NCBI GenBank assembly: GCA_019828565.1
Contig: JAHDYR010000035.1
Location: 165,390 to 229,389 of the forward strand
Length of the DNA stretch: 64,000 nucleotides
Direction of reading: 5' to 3'
Origin: Carpediemonas membranifera BICM
Taxonomy: Eukaryota; Protista; Fornicata
Part shown: piece by piece, positions 12,001-22,800 of the stretch
Position numbering within the stretch: position 1 is the stretch's first letter
Layout of the letters: the number at the start of each line of letters is the position of its first letter
The notes under the pieces: generated by a model
What the model was told of the DNA's origin: nothing
Databases searched by the model: none
The model's input: the letters and a program-made list of their open reading frames with translations, nothing else
Position numbers and translations under genes: made by a program

Positions 12001-12720
12001 GGCACATCCGCAAGATTGGTAGAGACTTTCGCTGCATTGTCGCGTGTCAGCCGCCAAGACCTCGATGAAAAGACGGTTGGACCAATAGATGGCGACAAGA
12101 TCGCAGTGAATAGCCTGGATGTCGTAGCCGACGGCAAGGCGCTGATTTCTGATGTGTCATTCGAGCTTCACCGTGGCGAGTCGATGGTTATTATGGGCCC
12201 GTCAGGATCTGGAAAATCTTCGATCTTGAGATACATAGCTGGACTCTGGGCAGATTCTACTGGCGATAGTGAGATAATCAGACCAGTAGACCTCCACTTT
12301 ATCCCACAGCACATTTATCTGCCCCAAGCCCCACTCCGAGACCAGGTGACATATCCCGACATCGGCCCTGACGATGACCGCATTGAGACATGTCTGCGGG
12401 ACTGCGAGCTGGGCTATCTGCTGGACCGCTTCGGGCTTGACACGGAAGCACCGTGGGGTGACATCCTGTCGGGCGGCGAGCAGCAGCGCTTGGGCTTCGC
12501 GCGCCTCTTCTTCCACAACCCGCGCTGGGCGGTGATGGACGAGGCGACGTCCGCCCTCGACGGCCCCCTCGAGACGCGGCTGCTGACTGAGTGCACCCGT
12601 CGCGGCATCACCATGGTCAGCGTGGCCCACCGCCAGAGCGTCATCCCCCACCACAAGCTGCTGTTGGAGGTGACAGATGCCGGCTATGATATGTATAGTA
12701 TTAGTAGTAACAATAGATAG
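9058..12720 (+). CDS. Full-size ABC transporter, subfamily D (TMD-NBD-TMD-NBD)
   Basis: DNPDQR/DNIDQR, EGNFRYLH and EAA-like HAEAVAFYNG motifs; two Walker A GPSGSGKSS; LSGGEQQRL signature; MDEATSALD; SVAHR. The exact start codon is uncertain. Confidence 0.95.
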   Translation: MHTRVCMLIAIEKTLFHVFELFDGVFRFLWLFRVGFINRRATKLWLILSVHLILILFIPLITLAISFLSGFLLCSATRTCQQTKLNDSFLTLTLGTVAAIALQFSISQACDSTGWTLGVEWRRIVTRRYHEGMLHSANHYTLATSFSECDNPDQRATTNTRMLLAFACGSNVPPVEAVLFGSQGIIAQAVGTLLPLIVAVLTSPTATAAMVVYYIVCFLVMRVISFPLSVLAQRQEEKEGNFRYLHTCLRTHAEAVAFYNGGSNEQATTDAALDAVIYNQRRLVWWSLPSVYFKQIQYSFNVVAPTFVVAVLPLLMGSDACISTNKLNTEITNLTSMMASLAGMIELIQPISVFDGLLKRSYELDKAIRKVDKLRSNICRQPKSGNHIKLERVTLSSPNDADRIILDQLTLDLLEGESTVIMGPSGSGKSSLLRVIGGLWAPLEGDVMVPDDLFFLPQKSYIFSGSLRDQIIYPDLADTKRLNRVEMTSYQNLESPESLGGDDRIETCLRDCELGYLLDRFGLDTEAPWGDILSGGEQQRLGFARLFFHNPCWAVMDEATSALDGPLETRLLTECTRRGITMVSVAHRQSVIPHHKMVIELDSSSKSIKSIKSVAEYQRENPPPPVVERRLTQHVAHTNAIPPKPTRRSRLAALEALPMVGRLIHAFIPSVLSADIILLLVGSFCVFASNAMLAVVLGEISPQISGGVACPAKSPDSLVDKSSVYRPTIITVAITIVFTCLVCVTRITSTIQGYRTRKRVTHDLSTRYFNLKGYYKIQREASIDNIDQRLTADCKTFSDILCGEVVPNNPSITRIVVIVTVNVVLATVFLGTRWYLIFVVTSIFLLGLVLSSGATAAIAPLTYRQEQREGTLRYVHTRVRQFSEQIAFLRGDQREKEAADKALDAVIANQRMLVLAGTVAGLFQHLGVELMSHGLLVVTAIVTRLGGQSYQFATAVNNDLNQIGESLTYVFAAFSQCFVLLGTSARLVETFAALSRVSRQDLDEKTVGPIDGDKIAVNSLDVVADGKALISDVSFELHRGESMVIMGPSGSGKSSILRYIAGLWADSTGDSEIIRPVDLHFIPQHIYLPQAPLRDQVTYPDIGPDDDRIETCLRDCELGYLLDRFGLDTEAPWGDILSGGEQQRLGFARLFFHNPRWAVMDEATSALDGPLETRLLTECTRRGITMVSVAHRQSVIPHHKLLLEVTDAGYDMYSISSNNR
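10560..12657 (+). repeat. 286-bp near-identical direct repeat in NBD1 (10560-10845) and NBD2 (12372-12657)
   Basis: Only 2 mismatches seen (GCG/GCA, TGC/CGC), while the flanking parts of the two halves are diverged. Confidence 0.92.
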
Positions 12721-12935
12721 TCGCATAAATGCTAGAATATTGCTGACCGCTGCGGTTGTCACAATTTTATAAGATTGTGACGCCAAGTCGCCAAGTTCAC
12801 GATCCATAAAAAAAATTACAGGGGAGGGAGTGCACGTGGTCTGGCCGGCCGGTGATGGTGCTATCGTGTCACACAATATTCGTGAAGCTCTGACTCGGCG
12901 ACTGTGAAGCAACGAACTTGTGCCTGAATTGCCTG

Positions 12936-14345
12936 ATGAGATGGCACAAACGCGTCATTGGCGCAGCTATATACCATATATTTCACCCTAATGCACAGAT
13001 AGATCATCATGGCTGCACCAAGCTCTACCGTGCGGCGCGATCGGGCAAAACGAAGAAGGTTCGGCGTATTTTGAAAGGGCGAGGGCGTTCAACCATTGAT
13101 TATCAACGAAAGGACAAGTCTAAGTTCGTTTCTACCGACAGGCATCAAGGGTGGACCGCCCTGCATATCGCCGCGGAACATGGCCACACCAATGTTGTGA
13201 AACTGTTGCTCGACGACACACATGGATGGAAAGCAGCGAACCCAGACATCAAGGATGGGCACAGCAAGAATCCTCTGCACATTGCCATCAGCTCAGGCTT
13301 CTACAGCGTCCTCCAGGAGCTCTTGAAGGCGGGCGCCGACCCGCACGCCACGGACAGCTTTGGATCAACAGCATTGCACTGTCTGGCGTTCTACCGCAAG
13401 CTACACAACATGGCGCTAGACTTCGACGATCTTACTCCCTTACTGCCTGATCGAAACACCCCCAACATCATCAAGGAAACCCCTCTCATTATCGCATCCC
13501 AGATGACCGATGAGGCGATCGTGAAGTGGCTGTGTGGCGCTACTGGCGCTGGTCTACCCCCTATAGACGCTAATCTGCCCGATTGTCGTGGCAACACCCC
13601 CCTTCACTATGCCAACCACGCCAGACTCGCAGAGGTCCTTCTACACGCAGGATGTGACCTTGAGAGCGGCAACAAGAACGGCAAGACCCCTCTAGCGGAG
13701 GCTATGGAGGAGTATGGCATCGACCAGTCATTTGCCGAAGAGCAGGTCGAGTGCTTGTTGATTCATCGATCAAAGCCAGTCGTTGGGGACGTCGATGTGT
13801 GTCTAGACAAGCTGAAGGACCCTAAGCTGCTTGCATTGTACGATAGGGCGCTTGACCACCAGTTGCAGCTGGAAGAGGCCGAGTTCCAGACTGCTCAGAG
13901 CACTGTTGACAGCGATGACGGCTACATGTCCTTCCCCGCCGGCAGTGAAGGAGAGGAGACCGAGGAAGCCGAGCATTGTGACCATAGTGATCGACAGCGT
14001 CCGAGCAGGTTGGGCCAGCTGGATGAGGCTGAGGGCACCAAGACTGCCGAGTCTGGTGTCAGCGATGACACCCTCGCCACCACCGTCTCTCTGTCCGATA
14101 TAGATTCCCTTGGCGCAGTTACCACTCCTACCGCGTCAGAGGCGACTGAGGACGAGCATATGCTTGGTCGTCGTGGATCGTTCGACTCGGCTGTCGACTT
14201 TGACTTGACTGAGACCGAGTTGGAAGTCGACATCGACGGGGGGAAGGGAGTTCGTGCGCATGTACGGTTCAGGAGCAGCACGAGCGTCATTTCGACGGTT
14301 GAGCTCAGAGCAGGCGATGACGATTGGTTCAACACGACAATCTGA
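12936..14345 (+). CDS. Ankyrin-repeat protein with acidic C-terminal tail
   Basis: GWTALHIAAEHGHTNVVKLLL, NPLHIAI, GSTALH, ETPLIIA, GNTPLHYA, GKTPL. The first ATG is used as the start. Confidence 0.9.
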   Translation: MRWHKRVIGAAIYHIFHPNAQIDHHGCTKLYRAARSGKTKKVRRILKGRGRSTIDYQRKDKSKFVSTDRHQGWTALHIAAEHGHTNVVKLLLDDTHGWKAANPDIKDGHSKNPLHIAISSGFYSVLQELLKAGADPHATDSFGSTALHCLAFYRKLHNMALDFDDLTPLLPDRNTPNIIKETPLIIASQMTDEAIVKWLCGATGAGLPPIDANLPDCRGNTPLHYANHARLAEVLLHAGCDLESGNKNGKTPLAEAMEEYGIDQSFAEEQVECLLIHRSKPVVGDVDVCLDKLKDPKLLALYDRALDHQLQLEEAEFQTAQSTVDSDDGYMSFPAGSEGEETEEAEHCDHSDRQRPSRLGQLDEAEGTKTAESGVSDDTLATTVSLSDIDSLGAVTTPTASEATEDEHMLGRRGSFDSAVDFDLTETELEVDIDGGKGVRAHVRFRSSTSVISTVELRAGDDDWFNTTI

Positions 14346-14516
14346 TCGCCCTGCGAGAGCTCGGATGTACCTATATGATGGCTGAAGACACTCATCCACA
14401 TATGGCCTCTTTACCCTGATTTATGGCGATGGTCTCAAATAAACGCATGCTTTTAAGAGACCACTGAACCCGCAGGGTTGGCGACAGTGGGATGTTGTAT
14501 CTGTAGCTGTTGTGGT

Positions 14517-16197
14517 CGCGGCGAGTCGGCAGTCAGAATTTGGGCACCGAACTGAGAAGGCATCAGCAGCACTAGTTCCTCGCCATCTGCCATCAGAGAT
14601 GCGCTGATCACCGCATTCCGCGCCTCGCTTGTTGCAACGGCCTCCATCTCTGGGGACATCCCATCCTTGATCCAGTGCGCCTACTCCAGGCACTTCAAGA
14701 AGCCTCCTCGCCACGCTCTCAGAGATCCCCCCTCTCGAACCGTCCGCGCAAGCCCTCCTCGACCGCGCCCGCTCGATCCTCACCAGCGGCCCCCCGCTGT
14801 CCATGAACGTCGAGCTCGCGGACGGCGAGGAGCTCCCGGTCGCGCTGCACACGCTGAACCAGGGCGCGGTGTGGGCGTGTCTGGTGGGTGGCGGGGCCAA
14901 CCCCGACCTCGAGGACAGGGTGCTGCAGGGGGCTCAAGATGAGGAGCCACACACTACCAGGATGCACGACAAGATCCGCAACGCTCTCGCCCCCGAGGCC
15001 AAGTGCCTCTGGTTCCTCTGCCGCAAGTTCTTCTTCTCGCTGAATGTGGCAGAGAAGGACGGCGAGTGCTATCAGCACGCTTGGTCCTACATATTTTATC
15101 ACCACCGCATGTACATGGACCGACTCTTCATGCTCGGCACTGCCAATCACACCGCCTTCACCAGGGCCAGGATGCCCAGGGCCCTCGAGGTCTACAGCGA
15201 CGACCTCACCCGCATCGCCAGGACGCCCAAGGGCCTGTGGGGCTGGGGGGATGGCGGTCATGGTCAGCTGGGGTTCGAGTCATTTGAGTTCAACGACCCG
15301 ACCCGCCTTACCTTCCCCAACATCGCCCCAACATCGCCGAGCTCGAGGCCAGCCTGCCCCCTTGGGAGAAGCACAGGATGGTGACTGATGTGTTGATGAA
15401 GGGAGATCAGACGTTCATCCTCTCTTCGGTCGGCACTGTCACGGCCGGTGGACATCCAGAATAGTTCAGAGGCCATGTCCAGGGATACAACCGACTGCTA
15501 TTCCACCCAGTCTCTGTGCCCGCTGGATTTGTCCCAGATCACATCATGCAGTGCAACTGGACTGTCATCCTCTCCATGGGCGATCGGCAGATGATCAGCG
15601 GAGACAACGATTATGGTTAGCTGGGAATTGGGCACGAGAATGAGATGACTGGCTTCGAGGTGCTGCCCTTCAGGGTCGACCGGATCATTTCTTCTGCACT
15701 TGATTTCACCGAGGAATACGGTGGCCGCCAGCTGCTGTTCGCTGGCGAAGTTCCCGATCATATCGCCCAGTCGGGCCTGCTGCCTGGGTACAGAAAGAAC
15801 GACAACTGCCTCACACCCACCCCGCTCTGGTTCCCAGAGAGGGTCAAGGGGTTCCTCAGCGCCTTCAATCGGGTAGCCAGGGTGACTGAGGGCCGCACTC
15901 ATTTGTGCGACGACGAAAACGACGACCAGATCCGTGTGCCCTTTGAGGCTATGGCATACAATACAACATGGAACAATGACAATTATATCCACTCATTCCG
16001 CAACTCCACCGGCCAGTGGTTTAAGTTGGCGGGTGTGTCAGATGGGGTGGCTGAGCTGGTTGAGCGCGAGGTACCCAAAAGGTGGACAGAGATCACCCCG
16101 ATCGACATCGACCCGTATGGCTTATAGATGAAAACCAACTGCCCACTCCAAGTCTCTCAACCATGTACCCGCTCGAGCAGGCCTTCTGGTCGACCAA
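14517..16197 (+). repeat. ~1.67-kb inverted repeat, right arm
   Basis: Reverse complement of ~7252-8925 with a few substitutions and indels. Confidence 0.92.
14561..16127 (+). pseudogene. 5'-truncated, frameshifted RCC1-like family gene fragment
   Basis: LWGWGDGGHGQLG matches the RCC1 repeat core (WGxxxxGQLG); shares the deletion and duplication lesions of the left copy. Confidence 0.7.
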
Positions 16198-16256
16198 GAC
16201 TCAGGAAGCAACGGAGGACGAGTGAGCCGCGTGGGCAGTAAATCATCATCCCGCCG

Positions 16257-16599
16257 TGGTGACGATGGCGCATTTCGAGAAGACGAGGCAATTCTTCAAT
16301 CATGCGAAATGCAATGCCATCATCCCCGTTGGCGTCGACCCGACTCCGCAATGACTCCACCGACTCAGTCGACTCTGATCGCCAACGCCACTGACTTATA
16401 AACTGCCCATCCTCGCGCTGAGACCCAGTCCCGCTGTCGGCCGGGGCGACTGAGCCAATGGTTGACGAGTGTCGGGTTTGAGTAAATCTAACAGATGGGC
16501 GACCCGGTCGACCATTGGGAGCCACAGCCACAAGGAAAACACCGCGGCGGGCCGACCAAGCTTGGACACAGAAGTTGCTCAATGTCGGCGCGGCACTCA
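16257..16599 (-). repeat. 343-bp dispersed non-coding repeat, copy 1 (inverted relative to 37576-37918)
   Basis: Reverse-complement match to 37576-37918, with weaker similarity extending ~20-50 bp beyond each end. Confidence 0.9.
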
Positions 16600-16750
16600 G
16601 GCGTGGTCTCCTTGAGTCGACAGTAACAATACCCTGATATTACGGCAACCAGGCCCACCATTGCTTGCTAAGACCAGTTCATGGGAGTCGATCCACCATT
16701 TGCTCCCATGCTTCGTTTTATTCGAACTCTAGCCAAGTAAACTCAGTAGC

Positions 16751-18397
16751 ATGGGAGCTCAAGCCAGCCGCATTGGTGAGGTCTGGGCTAGCCAACCCAC
16801 CACTTCGCTCTTGACCCAGCATTTTTGCGCCAGCTCGCTTGCAGTACAAATGTCATTGAGACCCGACGATTGGAACTGTTTGCAGGAGTTCAACGAGGCG
16901 ATCAAGGAGGTTCGTGCTCGAATTAAGGCTATGCACCAAGAAACTGTCACCGAGGAAGAGGTTCTCGCCACGCAGACCGAGGTCGATCAGCTTATCGCGA
17001 AGGTGGACCTTAGAGGCCTCCAGGATCACAAAGGGCCTCAATACAGCGACAATAAGAAGATTCATCACACTGCTATGTTGGCTGCGTCGAAGTATTTGCG
17101 AGACAAGTACCAAAACATCGGTGAAATTGTCCCTCTCATTGTAGAGGCCTTTCGGCACGAGTACAATGAATTTATCTCGACCACAGACAGTGGGAGGCTC
17201 CATGTTTCTCACGATGAAGCCCTGACGATGCTCTGTAACCTGCAAGTGCGCAACGCCGTCGCCCGCGAGAACCTATGCAAGATCATGTCCGCATTGACCG
17301 ACCCAGGCGTCGAACCAGCCCTCCTAACGGCCAGAGACATGGCCAAGGTAATGGGACAGGACATCCCCGGCGATGTCGAAGGAATGATTATTGCAGCCTT
17401 CACTCGTCACTTCAGACGCCCCATCCCAGAAGCTGAAGCACCCGGCTATGCGGCAAAGGAACAGCTCGTGTACGTGCTGCAGCATCTGCCCCCGATTGAG
17501 ACTAGATCGCGCGTTCTCATAGACCGGGCAATCAAGACGCTGACCGAGGGCCCGATTCTCTCTATGAACGTCGAGCTCGAAGAGGGTCAGGACCTCCCGG
17601 TCGCCATGCACACCCTTCTCCAGGGCACGCTTTGGGCACTTCTTCTGGCATCCGGCGCCGACCCAGATATCGGTCGGACCGAAACCATTGCCCAGAAACA
17701 TCGCATCAACTACTCCCAAAGCGACAAGCTCATTTGGTTCATGTGCAAGAAGTTTTTCTTCACCCGGCAAGTGGCCGAGAAGGACGGTGTCACAGTTCAC
17801 TCTGTCACTCAGGCCTCGCCAGGTAAGTTTACGGTATATTCCCACCGGATATACGCCGGTCGATTCTTTTATCTCGCAATATTCTGGCGCATGGGCTTCG
17901 TCGGTGGTGTGCACAAGTATAGTTGGGGTGTCATGCCGCCTGTGGTGTCTGCTTACGGCCTGGGCACTCAGACAGTGCTCCTGAACACCACCAAACGCCT
18001 GTACGGTATGGATCTTAGTGAGCAGTTCGTATGGAACGACAGGAAGAATCACCGGCCGTCTAATCAAACGATTAACCCTAACCGGCTGACGTTTGCCAAC
18101 TGCCCCGATATTGTCAAGTACACCAAGTCTCTTCCTGCGTGGTCAAAGCATGAGTTGGTCAGCGACGTTCTCTTCACAAACGGCCTTTGCCTCATACTCA
18201 CACCAGTTGGCACAGCTGCTGCTGGTACCCGATCAAAAAGCCTAGTGGGACCGCTGGGGACGCGGCTTGACATGCTGCCCCTCTTCCATATGGTCAGCTT
18301 CCCTGATGGATTTACCCCTGACATGGCTCTGGTGGAGGACGATAGCGTCGTGTTTATGCAAGATGACCAGCACCTGATCCTCGCACTCGGCAATTGA
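16751..18397 (+). CDS. Lineage-specific family protein, related to the RCC1-like fragments (true start may be MSLRP at ~16850)
   Basis: 548-aa ORF with clear paralogy to the inverted-repeat fragments. It stops earlier than the fragments' homologous C-terminal region, so it may be truncated. Confidence 0.7.
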   Translation: MGAQASRIGEVWASQPTTSLLTQHFCASSLAVQMSLRPDDWNCLQEFNEAIKEVRARIKAMHQETVTEEEVLATQTEVDQLIAKVDLRGLQDHKGPQYSDNKKIHHTAMLAASKYLRDKYQNIGEIVPLIVEAFRHEYNEFISTTDSGRLHVSHDEALTMLCNLQVRNAVARENLCKIMSALTDPGVEPALLTARDMAKVMGQDIPGDVEGMIIAAFTRHFRRPIPEAEAPGYAAKEQLVYVLQHLPPIETRSRVLIDRAIKTLTEGPILSMNVELEEGQDLPVAMHTLLQGTLWALLLASGADPDIGRTETIAQKHRINYSQSDKLIWFMCKKFFFTRQVAEKDGVTVHSVTQASPGKFTVYSHRIYAGRFFYLAIFWRMGFVGGVHKYSWGVMPPVVSAYGLGTQTVLLNTTKRLYGMDLSEQFVWNDRKNHRPSNQTINPNRLTFANCPDIVKYTKSLPAWSKHELVSDVLFTNGLCLILTPVGTAAAGTRSKSLVGPLGTRLDMLPLFHMVSFPDGFTPDMALVEDDSVVFMQDDQHLILALGN

Positions 18398-18488
18398 CGC
18401 TCGCATAGTTAAAGCGTTAATAGCTTGCCTGCATTTATGTTTGATATGTAACTGACGAGAGAGCACAAGTATCACAACAACAACATCC

Positions 18489-19379
18489 TCACTGCGCATT
18501 GTACTTCTCGCTATCAAACTCCTTGAGTTTCCGAACGACTCTATCAATGCGCCGCATGTTCCTTCCACTGTCCCGATCCCCACCATCTCTCTCAGCAAGA
18601 ACAGGGCCAACCCTCGCCCGGGCATCATCCCGCTGCCGCTTGTACCGTGCTGCGCTATTCTTGGCTCTACTCAGCTGATCTTCAAGGTCCGTCACCTGTA
18701 TTTCGAGGCCGGTCTGCTTCTGACGGATCAGTGAAATCTGATTCTGTGAGTTCGCCAGCATTACCCGCAGACCCTTTGCCTCCGATACTGCGACGGCCGT
18801 CTTCTTCTCCGCCTTGTCTCTGCCTCGTTGGATCGTCCAGAGATCCTCCTGCAGGCCCTCGAGCGTCCTCTTCAGGCTGTGACTTGACTCCACAGCATGC
18901 TTCTTATCCGAATGCAGGTCATCTATCTCGTTCTGGAGGTTGCCGATGACTTGCCTCAGTTGGAACTCAGTGGCCCGGGCTTCGTCGGCTTTCTCAAGCT
19001 TGCCGTTGGCTGAACGAGCTGACTCCTCGAGGCGCTTCTCGCGGTCAATCAGTTCCTTCACACGACCTTCCAGTGTCTTGTTCATCTTTTCTGCGTGAAC
19101 TGCCTCGAGTTCAAACCGGTCACGTTGCTTAACGAGCTCAGCGACCTTGGCATCACGGTCCGACAGAATAATCTTCGTTTGAAGCAGCTCGTCGCTTGTC
19201 GACTTCAGTTTGTCCTGTACTTTGGTCAGCTCGGCTTCTAAGGCCGAGATTTTCGACTTTTGCTGCGCACTCTCTTGTTGGTGGATGCGAATTTCAGAAG
19301 AAACGATCGCTGCATCGTTAATACGTGCCTCAAGCTGTTCAATGCGCTGATCTCTATCATCTGTGTAAACGCCAGACAT
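18489..19379 (-). CDS. Coiled-coil protein of unknown function
   Basis: E/K/L/Q-rich heptad sequence from MSGVYTDD; the upstream ORF extension starts at a non-ATG codon. Confidence 0.75.
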   Translation of the reverse strand: MSGVYTDDRDQRIEQLEARINDAAIVSSEIRIHQQESAQQKSKISALEAELTKVQDKLKSTSDELLQTKIILSDRDAKVAELVKQRDRFELEAVHAEKMNKTLEGRVKELIDREKRLEESARSANGKLEKADEARATEFQLRQVIGNLQNEIDDLHSDKKHAVESSHSLKRTLEGLQEDLWTIQRGRDKAEKKTAVAVSEAKGLRVMLANSQNQISLIRQKQTGLEIQVTDLEDQLSRAKNSAARYKRQRDDARARVGPVLAERDGGDRDSGRNMRRIDRVVRKLKEFDSEKYNAQ

Positions 19380-19891
19380 GAATACTAACTGAGAAGGCCG
19401 AGATTGTGCTCGAAGTCCTGTTTCAGCCGCTGAAGGCCGCTTCGGAGATGCTCGTTCTCTCGTAGGACAAATGAGGTGGGATCCTCGCTTTGGTCGAAGG
19501 TAATGTCCCCTATTAGCGCCGTTGCCATGTCTTCCCGCTCGAATTTTTCTAACGCGATATTCTGCGAACGGTAACGATCGATCGTCGAATATACGGATGA
19601 AGCCACCCAACGCATCGGCGGCACCTTCTTTCTAAACCCCTTGACTGAGTGTGAATGACCAGGCAACGGTCGACTGGCCAGACAACGGTATGTCGTTGGA
19701 CCGTTGAATCGGAAACACCGTTCACGGCACCACGATGGCCCCATAACCATCGGTCGACACTCTTCATCAGCACCACTGCAAGACGTTGGCTGGTGATAAC
19801 CTTGCTTGCCTCGTGAACGATTCACGTCTCAGTTTCGACTGGACACAGCTAGTAAGTCAAATGTTTACTGGAACTCGGATATATACATAAA

Positions 19892-22800
19892 TCAGACCTG
19901 GCCAAGCTTGAGATCGAGTGCATCCTCGACCAACTGATCCACGAAGTCAAAGCACTCGCAGCTCAGGTCCTTGGCGGTCAGATCGGGGAAGAGGGCCCTA
20001 GCCTCGGTCAGTGCAGAGTTGGCGAAGATCTGAGCAGACTGCCTCGTGTCGCCGCACCAAAGCATGCGGTTTAGCGCCATCAACTCGGCCACGCGGTACT
20101 TGGGTCGGAGGATGGCCTCAGAGATGGATCTGATGAGCGCTGCAACGGTGCCGTGTGGCAGTACTGGACCAAGGAGGAGCCGCAGTGCCCTGTGTGAGGC
20201 AGCTGGACTGAACACGCCGCCGATTGAATGGGCCAGTCCGCGGGAGACATCGACAGTGGTGTCGGGCGAGTCGCCGGTCTTCGCCATCACGCCGTAGATG
20301 TGGGATAGTGTCAGGTTGGCTGCGACAGCATGGGCTATCGCTGTCCTGGCCGTCCAAGCCACACCAGGGTCGACCGAGCGGGCCAGATGTGCGGCCAAAG
20401 CACCGTCCTCGTGCTTGGGCGCATCGCTCGGGAGACTGGGCACGTGAGTGGGCATGCGGTAGGCCTGCTGGCGACCTGGACTGTGGACCGCGGCCAGTTC
20501 ATGCATGGATACGGTCGGGCCTGACACGTACGCGATACACGCGGCGGTCGACGAGATCTGGCACGGCATGTGGTAACCAGAGGTGAATCCGCGCTTAATC
20601 AGGTTCGGGGCTGCGATGACATGGTCGAACAGCCCAGCGTTCGTGGCCCCGGCCGCAACGAGCGACCTGATCACGCCAGGCATAGGCTCAAGTGGGTCTG
20701 CGGGGCAAGAACTCTGGGCGATCGAGGATGGAAGCAGTGCGGCCAGACCAGCAGGAGGTGTGAGGAGTACTGCGAGCGTCATGAGGTGTGCCCTGCCAGC
20801 CTGGGTCGAGATAGTGTCATCAGCGAGCACAGGAGCAGTCCTGAGGCTGAGCTGTGCAGCAGGGAGGCCGCAGACGTCAGACACGGTAAACGTGGGCGAC
20901 TCGAGGTTAAACATGACGGGCGGCGTGTCGACGTATGGCACCTCCTTCATCAGCCGCTCAACCGTGCCGCGGAGGACGTATAGCACATCGTGGGACGACT
21001 GGTGCGGCTGGCGGGGTCGGATTACAGGGGCAGCCACCGTGTTGGGCCGGATGTTGAGGAGGACGCTGGGGAGTCGCTGGGCCCGGCGAGGGAGTGTTGA
21101 GATCGACTTCAGGCACTGCTGGAGGCTCTGGCGGCTGGGAGGACTCCTCGGGTCGAAGAGGGCAGCCCATTTGGCGGCGTCCTTCTGGGGGATCTCGCCC
21201 TTAGCCTGCGCGTCCTTGATGAGCTCAACGACCGTTTCGAGTATGGCCTTGTCAGCGTGTGTCCCGGGCTTGGCGATCATCTGTGTAATGGCCCACGTCA
21301 GCCAGTCGAACGGGCTCACAACGTCCCTGAGTTTGGCCAGACCGGCCGCCACGGAGTTGGCAGCAATGGCAAGTGCGGGCTTCGTAGCAAAGATGAACGA
21401 TATCACGAAACAGGCCGTGTCAGCCGGGGCGGTGAACTTGTGGGGAGACTTGTCCGAGAGGACGCCCCACACGAACTTCTCGGTCCCCCACCAGCTTTTG
21501 ATGGCCTGGTTGACGAATGTTTGGATCATAACGCCGTCCACGGCATCGCTCGTCTCGACTGCCAGGGCGCGGCATTGATACAGCACCTCCTCGCGCCTTA
21601 TGAGGGAGGAGATGCAGAGAAGGCCCGCGACAGCACGGCGGACGGCCTGCAGCTCGGTGATGCGGAGGATGCCGATGAGCTGCGGGGTGAGGTGAATGGC
21701 GAGAGATGAGCTCAGCGAGGGCAGCATGGCGATCAGCTGCTCGGCCATGGCTTCCCGGACAGCAGCGGGCAGGTTGGGATCTGCGAGGTGCACCAGCATG
21801 GGCAGCAGGAGCGTCTGTACCTTCGTGGGTGTGTTGATAGCAGTCAGGGCGCGGAGAGCGGCAGAGTTGGCCGTAATGGCGAAGGAGAAGGCCTGTTCGG
21901 CCGTCGACTGCTGTGCGGCAAGGTTGGCCAGCTCCCGAGAAAGGTCGCCCCAAGCGAGGTAGTTATCCGGGCTGATGGATGTGGCGACGTTGAGCAGGTC
22001 GACCGCATGCCCAGACCTCATGCCCGCCTTGAGGCTGGCCATGACCCTGAGGCGCACAGTCTCGCTCTTGATGAGGCCGGTGGTAGGGTTCTTCGCGATT
22101 ACCTCGCGGCTCCAGGTCTTCATATCGCCCAGGCCGTGGATGGCACAGTCGAAGCTAAACCAGGTGCTAGAGGCCGTCATTGCGGACAGGATTCTCTCCC
22201 TCAGAACGAAGAAGTTGAGCTCGAGCGTGGTACTCTGTTCCTGGTCGCTGCGGATGGTAGTGGCGTTCATGGCGGCCATGGCGAGACCAGCCATCCTCAT
22301 CCGACGGAACAGAGTGCTTCTGATGGCGGTAATATTCGTCATGAAGGGGGGGCGTCTCTGCTGCTGCTGTGGCGGCCTGTCAGGTAGGAGCTCGTTGTTG
22401 AAGAGCTTGTAGATGAACAGGAGGACGAGCGTGCGGAATGTCACCGCGTCCGAGAAGGCCGAGATGCCTTCCCACTTGGCCGGCATGCGCTGGGTGAGCA
22501 GCGGCATGATCTGTGAGAGGTGGCTTGCACCACTTGTGTGCTTGTAGAACTGCGTGTCCTCGTGCTTGCGGGCGCATGACGTGATGAGGCTGAGCTCTGA
22601 CACCATCTGGGCGATCCTGAGCACCACAGACTGGACTCCGTGGGTGTGGGCCGTCTGGGTCAACATGTCGAGGCATCGGGTGAACAGCATGCTGATGAAC
22701 CGCTCCGTGTTGCCCCTGTACTCGGTCTCCATGGTGTAGTCGAGGATGTAAGCCAGGGAAGTCCATAGGAGCATGGACAACGGGGCTGACGAGAAGGTGG

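Noticed and set aside
7252-16197. Composite or DNA transposon carrying ABCD and ankyrin genes
   Set aside because: The arms are host gene-family fragments; no transposase or target-site duplication is visible.
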